This document shows positions 9,562 to 19,553 of a stretch of DNA of 64,000 nucleotides, one piece after another; position 1 is the stretch's first letter; each line of letters starts with the position of its first letter. This stretch comes from Bdellovibrionales bacterium (GTDB taxonomy: Bacteria > Bdellovibrionota > Bdellovibrionia > Bdellovibrionales > UBA1609). The notes below the pieces were generated by a model, which was not told where the DNA came from, ran no database searches, and was given only the letters and a program-made list of their open reading frames with translations. The stretch covers positions 2,688,001-2,752,000 of the forward strand of contig OZ241329.1 of assembly GCA_965199825.1 (NCBI GenBank), given 5' to 3'. A program made the translations under genes and the position numbers.

Positions 9562-10776
9562 TTGCTAATGTTCAATGTTTTAAAGATGTGTTTGATCCTG
9601 TTGTGTTTGAATAGTTCAGCCACTGTGCTGTCTGAGCTTTTACCGTATCACAGCTATTATTTTATCAAGCCCGTCTCCGAGGATGCTTATCAATTTGAGA
9701 TTTGGCTCCATCGCGGTAAAGAAGTGACACGTGCTTTTGTTGCAATCAAAGATCTAAAAGGCATTGCAGATCTCAAATTGACATCCTTTCGTGAGACTAT
9801 CGCTAGACTCGACCCGCCACCTGAAGAGGTTATGGATTTTACCAAACGAATTTCAAATCCTGAAATTAAACAGGTTGTGAACGCCCTCTATGATAAAATT
9901 AAGACGCTCATTCCAGGTACAACATTATATGATGTCATTTATCGTGGGCGCTTTAAAGAAATCCGAATTCATGAGGTGATCGCCTATAGCCCCGAGGGCT
10001 CTGAAAAAAGAGTCGGCATCCGATCGACTCAAGATTTTAAAGTGACTGCCCGCGGGATTGAAGCCTCATCGAATTTGTCACTGGCTGAGCCCTTAGGCTT
10101 TGATCAGGATCTTTTAAATCAGACATCGCTAATCGATTTTGTATTGCCCTCTGAGGTTGAGGGTTCGAGTTTATTTGCTCCTCATCATGATGGGGAGACT
10201 TCAAGTCATCACAACGCATATGAAAATCTGCTCAACGCAATTTTTGAAGCGGTCTTTACACCGTCTCAAACAGAGTCATCACTTCAAAAGCAATTTGAAA
10301 AAATCAAGTCTGACCAAGGGAGTTCGGCCAAACAGCTCAAGCAATTTTTTTCGTTTAGCTTCCATGTTGTTGGATATGCACGATCTTCAACTGATGTGAT
10401 CGGTGCAACGGTCAATTCTGCAATTGCGGCCCAAGATATTATCCAAAACTCTATTTATTTAGTGCGGCGCATTCCTCAGATGGGAATTGAAGTGACGATC
10501 TCTGGGGGCAAAGACGATTTTCGTGTGAGAGTGTCTCAAGATGAGTCAACTCAAATGGCCGAATACAAGCTTAAGCTTTCCAATCCGATAACGGATTCTA
10601 TTATTTATGGTCCGATTTATTTAGTTTCAAAAGACCACACCCAAGCCCAACACGAATTTGATTTCGCTGGCCCGCATCCTTTTCGATTGATTCATGTTGA
10701 GATTAATCAAGACATGCCTGTTTTAATTAAGACTGGATTAGTCCTAAAGGACTCCTGTTCTTCGGCTCTAAAGTAA
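9562..10776 (+). CDS. Hypothetical secreted protein ending in C-x3-L (DSCSSALK)
   Basis: 404-aa ORF with hydrophobic N-terminal signal peptide; no recognised domain. Confidence 0.7.
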   Translation: MLMFNVLKMCLILLCLNSSATVLSELLPYHSYYFIKPVSEDAYQFEIWLHRGKEVTRAFVAIKDLKGIADLKLTSFRETIARLDPPPEEVMDFTKRISNPEIKQVVNALYDKIKTLIPGTTLYDVIYRGRFKEIRIHEVIAYSPEGSEKRVGIRSTQDFKVTARGIEASSNLSLAEPLGFDQDLLNQTSLIDFVLPSEVEGSSLFAPHHDGETSSHHNAYENLLNAIFEAVFTPSQTESSLQKQFEKIKSDQGSSAKQLKQFFSFSFHVVGYARSSTDVIGATVNSAIAAQDIIQNSIYLVRRIPQMGIEVTISGGKDDFRVRVSQDESTQMAEYKLKLSNPITDSIIYGPIYLVSKDHTQAQHEFDFAGPHPFRLIHVEINQDMPVLIKTGLVLKDSCSSALK

Positions 10777-10793
10777 CTGCGACTTATCAAGTC

Positions 10794-10814
10794 AGGTGAC
10801 TATTCTTGTCACCT
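10794..10814. terminator. Hairpin, possible terminator
   Basis: AGGTGAC-TATTCTT-GTCACCT just after the 10776 stop; weak U tail. Confidence 0.4.
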
Positions 10815-10871
10815 CTGAAAACAAATTTAAGCCTGCATTGACCTGCTGAACGCTTATGTCGGTTTAGACCG

Positions 10872-10886
10872 TGGCACTCCTATTGC
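10872..10886 (+). promoter_or_regulatory. Sigma54 (-24/-12) promoter of the gliding operon
   Basis: TGGCAC-TCCTA-TTGC matches TGGCAC-N5-TTGC, about 85 bp before the ATG at 10972. Confidence 0.8.
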
Positions 10887-10971
10887 GATACCCATGTTGT
10901 TGAAGAGTTTTAATTAAGCTTTGCCGCTTTAAAACGATCTCGTTCTGAAGCGCTAATAACAGGAGTTCGAA

Positions 10972-11670
10972 ATGGAAGCCCATACTGGAATGATCTCAGG
11001 TCTCGCACAAGCCTTCGTAGATGGCGGCTTTTGGATGTGGATGATTTTACTAACTCATATTGCATCGATTGCGATCATTGCTGAGCGCATCTCGGCTCTA
11101 TATTTGACGAAGTCATTAGGCCAAAAAGATTTAGCAAAAGGTTTTGAAGAAGACATTAAACGTGGTCGCTTAGAAACAGCTTTGAGCAAAGCTCAAGCAA
11201 TCTCAGCCTCACAACCCATCGGTGCAGTTATCGCTGCAGGGACTCAAGTTGCGATGGACATGGGCGGACGAGAAGAAATCCAAGCGAAAATGGATGAGAT
11301 CTTGAGCGTTGAGAATTCAAAGCTTGAGCGACGTACCGGATTCCTTGCGATGCTTGGAAACGTTGGACCCTTGCTCGGATTATTGGGAACAATTCTCGGT
11401 TTGATACAAGCGTTCTCGGCTGTGACAAACGTCAACGCTGCTGATCGCGCTGTGAAGTTAACCCAAGGTATTGCTCTTGGTATGAACACAACAGCTTACG
11501 GTTTGATCATGGCGATCCCTTCACTTATCGCTTACGCGATCTTTGTTAACCGCCAACAGCGCTTACAAGAAGATTTGAATCAAGCTGCAGTAAAAGTTTT
11601 TAACTGGCTCAGCTTTAACTACGAAGTTGTTCCTCAGCGCGCTACTCGTAGCTCAACTAAAAAAGTTTAA
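10972..11670 (+). CDS. MotA/TolQ/ExbB proton channel (AglR-like)
   Basis: GNVGPLLGLLGTILGLIQAF and GIALGMNTTAYGL transmembrane signatures; AGGAG RBS. Confidence 0.92.
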   Translation: MEAHTGMISGLAQAFVDGGFWMWMILLTHIASIAIIAERISALYLTKSLGQKDLAKGFEEDIKRGRLETALSKAQAISASQPIGAVIAAGTQVAMDMGGREEIQAKMDEILSVENSKLERRTGFLAMLGNVGPLLGLLGTILGLIQAFSAVTNVNAADRAVKLTQGIALGMNTTAYGLIMAIPSLIAYAIFVNRQQRLQEDLNQAAVKVFNWLSFNYEVVPQRATRSSTKKV

Positions 11671-11678
11671 GGTGATTT

Positions 11679-12131
11679 ATGCGTCACAAACCAGAAATGA
11701 ATTTTGAAATTAACTTGTTACCGATGATCGATATTCTCTCTGTCTGTATTAGCTTTTTGCTCTTTGCAACAGTTTGGCTACACATCGGTACCTTTAATAC
11801 AAAGCAAGCTCTGGGCACGGATGGCGCAGAGACGGCAAAAAATCCGCCGTCACTTTGGGTGCAGTTTCAAGAAAACGGCACTGTTGAACTGACTTTGAAA
11901 GATGCAGCACAAGCGCCAAAACAACTTCAGCGCTTAGTGCTCTCAAGTCGCGGTGGACATGTAGATGCTCAAGGTCTTGAGCAGTTTACATCGCAACTCA
12001 AAAGCCAACTTCCAACTTTGGATGTAGCTCTTGTGATGCCCACAGCGAAATCGGCTTACGAAGATGTGATTACAGTGATGGATACTTTGAAAAAACGCGA
12101 CGTGAAACAAATCGGCATTGCGCCCTTGTAA
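11679..12131 (+). CDS. ExbD/TolR family protein (AglQ/AglS-like)
   Basis: EINLLPMIDILSVCISFLL and YEDVITVMD motifs. Confidence 0.9.
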   Translation: MRHKPEMNFEINLLPMIDILSVCISFLLFATVWLHIGTFNTKQALGTDGAETAKNPPSLWVQFQENGTVELTLKDAAQAPKQLQRLVLSSRGGHVDAQGLEQFTSQLKSQLPTLDVALVMPTAKSAYEDVITVMDTLKKRDVKQIGIAPL

Positions 12132-12137
12132 GAGGAA

Positions 12138-12638
12138 ATGAAAATGCAAACGCTCGAAACACAACATTTAAACTCTGAGATTGATAACGGATCGATCCTT
12201 GGTTCACAGTCCACTCTTAAACCTAAAGGGTTTAAAGTCGAAAAACCAATGGCAACCGTCCTTAACTTAACCTCACTGATCGATGCTTTTACCATTCTTG
12301 TGAGCTATTTATTAATGGCTGCAAGTATCGGTTTAGAAACCATCGATATGCCAAAAGATATGCAGCTTCCAAACGCTGCAAAGAGTGACGTCCTTGAAAG
12401 AGGAATCGTTATTCGTATCACAGACAACCAATATTTTATCGATGATAAGCCAGTGGCAATGGATCAAATGGGTCCACAACTCGCAGAATTGAAAAAATCT
12501 GTTGGAGCTGACAAGCCAGTGATCATCCAAGCTGATCGCCGCACTAACTTTATGCAAATCAACCCGATTGTTCTTTCAGGACTTCAAGCCGGTTTTGCTC
12601 AGATTCGTTTCGCAGTTAAACAGGAGGATTCAAATTGA
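12138..12638 (+). CDS. ExbD/TolR family protein (AglS/AglQ-like)
   Basis: LNLTSLIDAFTILVSYLL and IIQADRR motifs. Confidence 0.9.
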   Translation: MKMQTLETQHLNSEIDNGSILGSQSTLKPKGFKVEKPMATVLNLTSLIDAFTILVSYLLMAASIGLETIDMPKDMQLPNAAKSDVLERGIVIRITDNQYFIDDKPVAMDQMGPQLAELKKSVGADKPVIIQADRRTNFMQINPIVLSGLQAGFAQIRFAVKQEDSN

Positions 12639-15589
12639 AATCCCTCCTCTTAAGCCTAATTTTAAGCACAGGTGTTTCAGCCTTAGCCGATAAAATGGAT
12701 TTATCTGAACACGATCTAGTTATTCAAAAACTAGAGAGTGTTTTGACCAGTGTATCTGATAAACCTGAGACCTTGCGTGGTATTGAAATGCGCTTGGGAG
12801 ATTTGTATTCTGAGCGAGCCCGAATCAAAGCGGTCGAAGAAGGCAATAAGAATTGCGAAAAGTGCGTGGGATCAAAAGATGACCGCGCAAAAGCGATTGG
12901 TTATTATGATTCTGCATTTAACGGAGCAACAGGCGAGCAACAAACAAAGATTTTGCTCCAAAAAGCTCATCTGTTTCAAATTAACGGTGACTTTAATAAA
13001 TCCGAAAGTGTTTACGAAGAGATTATCAAACGTGGTGAAAAAATCACCGACAAACAACTCTTTGGTGAAGCTTTAGCCGGTCGCGGTGAAGCCAACTATC
13101 GCAAAGGCGAATTCTTAAAAGCCAAAAATGATTTCGAAAAAGCTTTAAAATTTCCAATCTCAAAACGTTCATTTATTCGCTATCGCCTCAGCTGGTGTTT
13201 ATTAAACGAAGGCAAAGCGCAACAAGCCAAAACAATTCTTATTGGCATCCTCACTGGCGAAGACAAAATCGATCTGTCATTTAGAAAAGATCTTTCACGT
13301 GACCTTGCAACCTTTTTGGCTCGTGGAACAATCAGCAACTCAGGAATTGATGAGCTCCTCAACAACAGTCCAGACGATGTTAAAAAATCAAATCTGTTTT
13401 ATATGGGTGCCGAAGCCGATCGTCTGTCGAATGCTGCCGGATCACTCCTTGTTTGGAAGCGCTACACAGAACTTGGTAACGTCACTCCCCTTGAAGCTTT
13501 AGAAATCAAAATTCGGGTGACACAAACCCGCCTTGACCAAGGTTTTAAAAAAGAAGCTCTTGAATTGATGGCCGACGCGACAGCTACTTGGAAAAAACAA
13601 GGCTGTAAAGAAGCCGATACCTGTGAAGAATTAAGACTGCGCTTAAGAAACTTTGTTCTCACTTGGAATAAAAAAGAAAAAATCAATCCCTCACCTGAAG
13701 TTCTCACCGCATATGGCATTTATGTGGGCTTGTTTGATCAAGACTACGAAATGATCTATTGGTCAGCCCAACTTGCTAGAAGCAAGAATCAATTGCCTCT
13801 TGCTCTTAAGTACTACCGCCAAAGTGGTGATGTGACCTTTGCTCGCCTCACAGAAAAAAACCTTGATGCTGAAGTGATCAAGGCGATTCAAAAAATTAAA
13901 GAAGGATCACTCCTTTCTGAAATCGAAATTGCTGAATCTTTAAAAGATTTAAACAGCAAAGAATTAAGCTACAATCGCTACCTTAAAATGAACAGCAACG
14001 GCGCAAAAGTTTTTGAAGTGCGCTACCAATTGGCTCATGTTTATTCTGAAAAAGGATTAAACAAAAAAGCCGCTGAATCGTTTTATGATCTTGCTCTTGA
14101 TAAAAACGGCAAACCTGATGATCTTCGTGTGAAATCGGCCGATCTTGCCCTTGATTCCTTGGCACTGTTAAAAGACAACGAAACCTTGGAGCAGTGGGCT
14201 GTTCAGTTCGCAGGCCTCTTTCCAGCCAAAAAATTAGAGTATTTAGGGATCGCTCGTAAAGCCTCGGTCAATCAAGCGGTAAGCATTGCCCAAGATACAC
14301 ATGCTTCGGACGCTCAACTCCGTAAAGCCTTAGAAAAACTCAAAGCCGCCCCACTTCAAGGTGCAACTCTTGAAGAAAAGGTTTTGATTCTTAAAAACCA
14401 AATCGTTGTGGCCGAAAAGTTAAAAGATATTGCTCTTGTTTCGATCGCAAGCTCAGGCCTGTTACATCTGCCAAAACTTTCTAAAGAAGATAAAGAATTC
14501 GCTCTCTCGCGAAAAGTTTGGGTTGCAGAACTTCGCTTGGATTTCAAAGACGCATTTAAGACCGCCAAAACAATGGAAATGAAAGATCTTAAAGCCGATC
14601 AAAAAGCTCTAAGACTGGCCCTTTTAAGCGAACTCAGTGGACAGAATCCAACAAGCTATTACGAGCAAGCTCTTCACCTTACAAAAGAGCGCGAAAAACG
14701 CAGCCTGATCATTGCAAAGATCACCAAGCTTTCAAAAAATCCTTGGCGCACAATGGATCAAAACTTTGCAGAGATCAGCAAGACTCCCCATGTGCTTGCT
14801 CCTTTAACACTCGAAGTGTTTGCAAGATCTCAAGATTATCAAAAACTTGAGCATGTTTTGAAAATCCCAAGTGTTCGATCAACTCCTGCTGGTCAAACTC
14901 TTTCGCGCTACACATTTTTAAAATCCTTTACCGGATTTGAAACCAAGATCTCAAGCCATCGTTTACTTTCTGGTTCGGATCAAACTTTGAATCGCACTTT
15001 GACCGAACGCCTTAAATTGTTGAACGAAGCTGATCGTTGGGCCAACCAAGCCATCCAAAGTAACGATTGGACACTTCAGATTTTGACTCTCAACCGAGTA
15101 GCCAAAGAAAATAATCGGTTGTTTGAGAACTTAACAAAACTTCCAACTCCCAGAAGTTTAAAAAAGGCCGAGCGCGAGCAGTATCAAACTTTATTGCTCC
15201 AAAAAGCTCAGCCATTTCAACAAAAGACTCAATCGGTTGAAACAAAATTGGCAACTCTTTGGAATCAAAGTGGTGTGATCAACCAAATGGTTTCGATCAT
15301 CGCTAAGAGCTCTTCAGAAATTCGTAGTCTTTTGGCTCAAGAAATTTCACGACTCTTAAAAGTATCTCCTGATGATAAAAAATCTTCGCTTCAATCGTTA
15401 CTCGCTGATGCTCATAAGCACCGCGACCATAGCGATCTTCGTGAAGCCACAGCCGATTTAAAACAAAATCCATTTGATGAGAGCCGTATCACTCGACTCA
15501 AAAATCTTGAAGATACCGATGGTTCCCCTGCAATGAGTACTTTTTTAGAAGCTCGATTAACTCAACTTCATCAAGGAGCGATGCGATGA
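12635..15589 (+). CDS. Large secreted TPR protein (GltD/AgmU-like)
   Basis: Signal peptide; TPR-like helical repeats (RLGDLYSERA, YRLSWCLLN, RYQLAHVYSEKG); position in an agl/glt-type operon. Confidence 0.7.
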   Translation: MKSLLLSLILSTGVSALADKMDLSEHDLVIQKLESVLTSVSDKPETLRGIEMRLGDLYSERARIKAVEEGNKNCEKCVGSKDDRAKAIGYYDSAFNGATGEQQTKILLQKAHLFQINGDFNKSESVYEEIIKRGEKITDKQLFGEALAGRGEANYRKGEFLKAKNDFEKALKFPISKRSFIRYRLSWCLLNEGKAQQAKTILIGILTGEDKIDLSFRKDLSRDLATFLARGTISNSGIDELLNNSPDDVKKSNLFYMGAEADRLSNAAGSLLVWKRYTELGNVTPLEALEIKIRVTQTRLDQGFKKEALELMADATATWKKQGCKEADTCEELRLRLRNFVLTWNKKEKINPSPEVLTAYGIYVGLFDQDYEMIYWSAQLARSKNQLPLALKYYRQSGDVTFARLTEKNLDAEVIKAIQKIKEGSLLSEIEIAESLKDLNSKELSYNRYLKMNSNGAKVFEVRYQLAHVYSEKGLNKKAAESFYDLALDKNGKPDDLRVKSADLALDSLALLKDNETLEQWAVQFAGLFPAKKLEYLGIARKASVNQAVSIAQDTHASDAQLRKALEKLKAAPLQGATLEEKVLILKNQIVVAEKLKDIALVSIASSGLLHLPKLSKEDKEFALSRKVWVAELRLDFKDAFKTAKTMEMKDLKADQKALRLALLSELSGQNPTSYYEQALHLTKEREKRSLIIAKITKLSKNPWRTMDQNFAEISKTPHVLAPLTLEVFARSQDYQKLEHVLKIPSVRSTPAGQTLSRYTFLKSFTGFETKISSHRLLSGSDQTLNRTLTERLKLLNEADRWANQAIQSNDWTLQILTLNRVAKENNRLFENLTKLPTPRSLKKAEREQYQTLLLQKAQPFQQKTQSVETKLATLWNQSGVINQMVSIIAKSSSEIRSLLAQEISRLLKVSPDDKKSSLQSLLADAHKHRDHSDLREATADLKQNPFDESRITRLKNLEDTDGSPAMSTFLEARLTQLHQGAMR

Positions 15590-15855
15590 TTCGCCGAATG
15601 ATACTAATTGCCCTTACTATAGCGGCAACAACTTCGGCGGCCGCAGCGGCGTCGAAGTCAAAAAAACACAAAGCTCTTCCTGAGGGCACAAAGCTCAGCA
15701 CCGACATGCATTTTGATGAGCTCAATGTTCACGGAAAGTACCAAGCCGGTGATGAAGGCTACGCCACTGTTGAAGACGACAAACAATTAAATGATCTGCT
15801 CGATTATCGCAAAGACTATAAGGACCGGCTCTCAAAAAGCCGCTTTCAAAGGTAA
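15586..15855 (+). CDS. Small secreted protein, GltF/CglF-like
   Basis: Signal peptide followed by TDMHFDELNVHG...LLDYRKDYKDRL, resembling the CglF pattern; lies between GltD-like and GltG-like genes. Confidence 0.6.
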   Translation: MIRRMILIALTIAATTSAAAAASKSKKHKALPEGTKLSTDMHFDELNVHGKYQAGDEGYATVEDDKQLNDLLDYRKDYKDRLSKSRFQR

Positions 15856-15860
15856 ATAAA

Positions 15861-17075
15861 ATGGCTGAAAAATCTTTTGTATTAGAAAATCGAAATGGCC
15901 AAACTGTCCGAGTGATTCATCTCGAAGACTCAAAAGTCTTGGTGATTTATCGCAAAGACACACGCCGGGTCGAGTTCGTCGAAAATACGGAGCACCTTGA
16001 AGATGGAACCTTTGAAATTCTTCATAGCACCACAGTTTCGGCAATCAAAAAAGAACCCTTGGAAATCGGTAATGCTGGAACATTAAAATATGTTTCTGCG
16101 ATGACCGAATTCCCTCGCGAAGTCGAGCCCACTCAAGAGGATAAACAAAAATTTCCATTGATCCTCAAATGGACCGCGGGCTCAACAGTTTCTGGCCTAG
16201 TTGTTTTGTTTGCAATGTCATGGGTGATTGGTCGCTTTTTTAGCGAAAAGATTCAGCAAGACGTTGTTGTTCAAGTGTTTGAACAGCAAGATTTGCCAAA
16301 AGAACTAAAGAAAACAAAAACGGTTGAGGTTTCTGAAAAGAAAATCAAGCCGCCAGAACATAAGAACGCAAAAGTTGTGAAGACTCCTCTTCGTAAAAAG
16401 ATTGAGGTCACCACAAACAACCATGGAAAAATCCAAGGCCACACAGGCACAAACTTAAATAAAGTGGGCGCACTCGGTGCACTTGGCGGAATGGGCAAAA
16501 ATTTTAACGGCAGCGGCGGACTCAACCTGAATGCCACCAAGAACAATGCCGGCATCGGAATGGGCGGAGTTGCAGCAGCGGGCGGACTTGAAAAAGGAAT
16601 GCTCGGTAAAGGAATGATCGCTGGCGGCATCGGATCAGGCGGAAATCCAAAAGGTTTCGGCGGGTACGGGACTGCAGGTCGCGGTGGCGGCAAGCCCGGT
16701 TACGGAAATATGAGCATGGCCGGATCTTCAGCAGGTTTCTTTGAACCTCTAGGTGAAGAGACACAAGTTGAAGGCGGATTGGATCGCGATCAAATCAATG
16801 CGGTCATCCAACGTCATATCGGTCAAATTATTTATTGTTACGAACAGGGATTACAGACCAAGCCTTCGCTTTCAGGACGAGTGGCTGTGAAATTTGTGAT
16901 CAGTGCTTCAGGCAGTGTGAGTGCGGCCAACGTGTCGAACTCTTCGCTTGGATCAAAGGCTGTTGAATCCTGTGTGGTTGGTAAGTTGCGCGGTTGGCAA
17001 TTTCCAAAACCATCTGGTCACGTCAATGTTCGCGTTATGTATCCCTTCGTTCTCAAACGTTTAAGCCAAGGATAA
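15861..17075 (+). CDS. TonB-like membrane protein with Gly-rich linker and AgmX/PglI-type C-terminal domain (GltG-like)
   Basis: Single TM segment, Gly-rich region, C-terminal GGLDRDQINAVI...YCYEQGL...CVVGKLRGWQFPKP..VMYPF. Confidence 0.8.
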   Translation: MAEKSFVLENRNGQTVRVIHLEDSKVLVIYRKDTRRVEFVENTEHLEDGTFEILHSTTVSAIKKEPLEIGNAGTLKYVSAMTEFPREVEPTQEDKQKFPLILKWTAGSTVSGLVVLFAMSWVIGRFFSEKIQQDVVVQVFEQQDLPKELKKTKTVEVSEKKIKPPEHKNAKVVKTPLRKKIEVTTNNHGKIQGHTGTNLNKVGALGALGGMGKNFNGSGGLNLNATKNNAGIGMGGVAAAGGLEKGMLGKGMIAGGIGSGGNPKGFGGYGTAGRGGGKPGYGNMSMAGSSAGFFEPLGEETQVEGGLDRDQINAVIQRHIGQIIYCYEQGLQTKPSLSGRVAVKFVISASGSVSAANVSNSSLGSKAVESCVVGKLRGWQFPKPSGHVNVRVMYPFVLKRLSQG

Positions 17076-17085
17076 GGAGTAAGCC

Positions 17086-18852
17086 ATGAAAGCTGTACGT
17101 CTGTTGCCCATACTTATTCTACTCTCCGCATGTAGCGGGGGATTGAATAAAGATCCATTGAATAAATACCCAAGTCTGCGCACTGCCGCACGTGCCGATC
17201 TCGTTGGTACACCTGATGAGCAACGCTATCAGCGTTCATCTTTTAGTTGGTCTTTGGCTGACTCAAAAAATGAACCGATCAACGAAAATCAGATGCACAC
17301 GGTTCAAGGTCAACCTCAGACCTATCGCATCTCACTGGTAAAGGTCTCAGCTTCGGGCGATTACTCGCTTGAACTTGAAAAAGACCAAGCCAATGATGCG
17401 ATTACATCATCACAAGATGGCAAAACCTTGGTCGTCACGGTGAATCCAGATTCAAACTATGTGACAAGCTCGCTTCAATATCGCGAGATCAATTTCAAGG
17501 TGCATATCAAAGCTAAAGGCGAATCTGACTTTGCCAAAGCGATGAATAACGATGAGCCTGTTCACAGTTATACTGTAAACGTCTTTCGTGATTCCACAGT
17601 TCCAGTGATCGAAAAAATCACCTTATCAAAAACTTCGCTCAAAGCCCAAGACCAAGCGGTAATTACGATTGATGTCTCAGGCAATGGTCTGAACGTACAA
17701 GATCTTCATATTTTTCCACAGTGTGATCGCACAGAAGAAGTGATGAAAAATAACGAACTTGGTTTAAGAGATGGTTGTGCCGGAATCGATCTTGGCGATC
17801 GCGGACTTCCTGTAATGACTCCATCTGGATCAGGTCACTTCACAGTCACTTATAAATTCAATGCGGCAATGTTTTTGGCAAGCATTGCAAATCGTGGCCA
17901 AGCCAATCTTAAAACTTTGGCCAACGACGGTAACGCACGTCTGCCCTATTACATCGCTCGGGTCCGCTTTGCTGTGCACAACTCTAAAGGCAACGTGATG
18001 AGCGCTCCTTCAGCAAAGGAAATCCAAGTCAATCCTAGTGACGAAGCCGGCAAGCCCGTTCTCACTTTCAAAGATATGACTTTTAAAGAGAACACCGAAA
18101 GATCAAATGTGATTTTGATCAAAGCCGATCAAGGTCTTGGAAATATCTCGGTCACTGGAGCTCGCACCAAAGGTGTTTCGTATGTTGCTCGTCCAGGACT
18201 TAACGCAGGTCAAACCAAAATCGATTTGATCAAACTCTCAGAAGCCAGCATCACATGTGATACGGCAACTGACAAAGTGACCGACGGTGATGCTTGTTTA
18301 AACAGCACGTGTTTACAAAGCTGTATGATTTATTATAAGCCCGCATGTGGCGCGCCTGCTGAAACCGAAGTGATGATCAACGTGACTTCGACTCTCAACG
18401 GTAAACCTGTGACTGCTTCAGTTCCTGTTGTTTTAAAAGTTGAGAAGAATGCCGAAGGTTGTGCACCAACTCCCCAGGCTGCTCCTTCAGCAGCGGCAAA
18501 GCCCCCTGGAAAAACAGCGGTTGTTGCTCCAGTTCCAGCTTTAACTCCTGCGGTTACCAAAACTGTCACTCCAGTAACAAAAACTGTCACTCCAGCCGTA
18601 AAAGCTGCTGCGGCTAAATTCGTTACGGCAAAAGTGGCAGCCGCAAAAGCACCCCCTTCGACTACAACTGCAGCCGCGACCCCTGCTGCTTCGGATACGA
18701 AAATTGCACCAGTAGTAGTTGCTGATGGAAAAGTGAAAGCAAAGCCTGCTCACACGGCTCCACATCACGTAGCGCCTGTTAAGAAAGATAAAAAGGCAGC
18801 GGCGCCACGTACGCAACAAGCTGACAATAAAACTCCCGGGGGGGACGCATGA
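17086..18852 (+). CDS. Hypothetical lipoprotein with beta-rich domains and Ala/Pro/Lys/Thr-rich C-terminal tail
   Basis: Lipobox LSAC; AGGAG RBS; VTKTVTP duplicated in the tail. Confidence 0.7.
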   Translation: MKAVRLLPILILLSACSGGLNKDPLNKYPSLRTAARADLVGTPDEQRYQRSSFSWSLADSKNEPINENQMHTVQGQPQTYRISLVKVSASGDYSLELEKDQANDAITSSQDGKTLVVTVNPDSNYVTSSLQYREINFKVHIKAKGESDFAKAMNNDEPVHSYTVNVFRDSTVPVIEKITLSKTSLKAQDQAVITIDVSGNGLNVQDLHIFPQCDRTEEVMKNNELGLRDGCAGIDLGDRGLPVMTPSGSGHFTVTYKFNAAMFLASIANRGQANLKTLANDGNARLPYYIARVRFAVHNSKGNVMSAPSAKEIQVNPSDEAGKPVLTFKDMTFKENTERSNVILIKADQGLGNISVTGARTKGVSYVARPGLNAGQTKIDLIKLSEASITCDTATDKVTDGDACLNSTCLQSCMIYYKPACGAPAETEVMINVTSTLNGKPVTASVPVVLKVEKNAEGCAPTPQAAPSAAAKPPGKTAVVAPVPALTPAVTKTVTPVTKTVTPAVKAAAAKFVTAKVAAAKAPPSTTTAAATPAASDTKIAPVVVADGKVKAKPAHTAPHHVAPVKKDKKAAAPRTQQADNKTPGGDA

Positions 18853-19553
18853 AATCTCTAATTTTAATTATGACTGCTCTTATGAGCACAGTAGCACTTG
18901 CTAGTGATTACGAAAAAAGCATGGATTCATTGGGCGGTAACCGCGACCTTATCCGTCGCGCCCGCGCCATGGACCCAGATAACAAAGTTCAGGTTGTTCA
19001 GAATCGAATCGTTGATTTAAACACACGCTTCGAATTTGGAATCAACTACGGCATTGTTGCTGGTGGCGATCCTTATCTCAACACCCAAGGATTGGGTGCG
19101 ATGGCTGAGTTTCATATCGACCCACGTTGGTCGATCGGTGCACGGTATGTGAGCTTTTTTAATAACCTCACATCAGAAGGTAACCGCGTCGCTAGTGACT
19201 TCCAAACTCGCGCAGCCAATCAACAACCAGGCGCAGTTGTTCCAGCTATCAACTCACCCTTAAGCACCGTTTTTGGAACAATCAGTTTTTCACCCTTTTA
19301 CGGTAAACTGAATATGTTTGACCTCGGAGTTGCTCAATTTGATGTTTACGTTCTTGCCGGTTACGGTACTGTACAAACATCAAGCAGTTCATCAGGCACT
19401 TATACTGCCGGTGGCGGTGTGGCTTTGTGGCTCAGCCAACATTTAAGTTCACGTTTTGAAGTTCGTTATCAAGGTTACCAAGACCAAATCGACTCAGGCT
19501 CAAGAAATATCAACGATGTGATCATCCAAGCCGGAATTGGATTTTTATTATGA
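18849..19553 (+). CDS. Outer-membrane beta-barrel protein (GltA/GltB/GltH-like)
   Basis: VQVVQNR, SPFYGKLNMF, FDVYVLAGYG and terminal GIGFLL, typical of myxobacterial Glt barrels. Confidence 0.75.
   Translation: MKSLILIMTALMSTVALASDYEKSMDSLGGNRDLIRRARAMDPDNKVQVVQNRIVDLNTRFEFGINYGIVAGGDPYLNTQGLGAMAEFHIDPRWSIGARYVSFFNNLTSEGNRVASDFQTRAANQQPGAVVPAINSPLSTVFGTISFSPFYGKLNMFDLGVAQFDVYVLAGYGTVQTSSSSSGTYTAGGGVALWLSQHLSSRFEVRYQGYQDQIDSGSRNINDVIIQAGIGFLL

Noticed and set aside
16271..16693. 140-aa Pro-rich antisense ORF (similarly 8043-8318 and 18333-18590)
   Set aside because: Antisense mirrors of Gly-, Pro- or Ala-rich low-complexity coding regions
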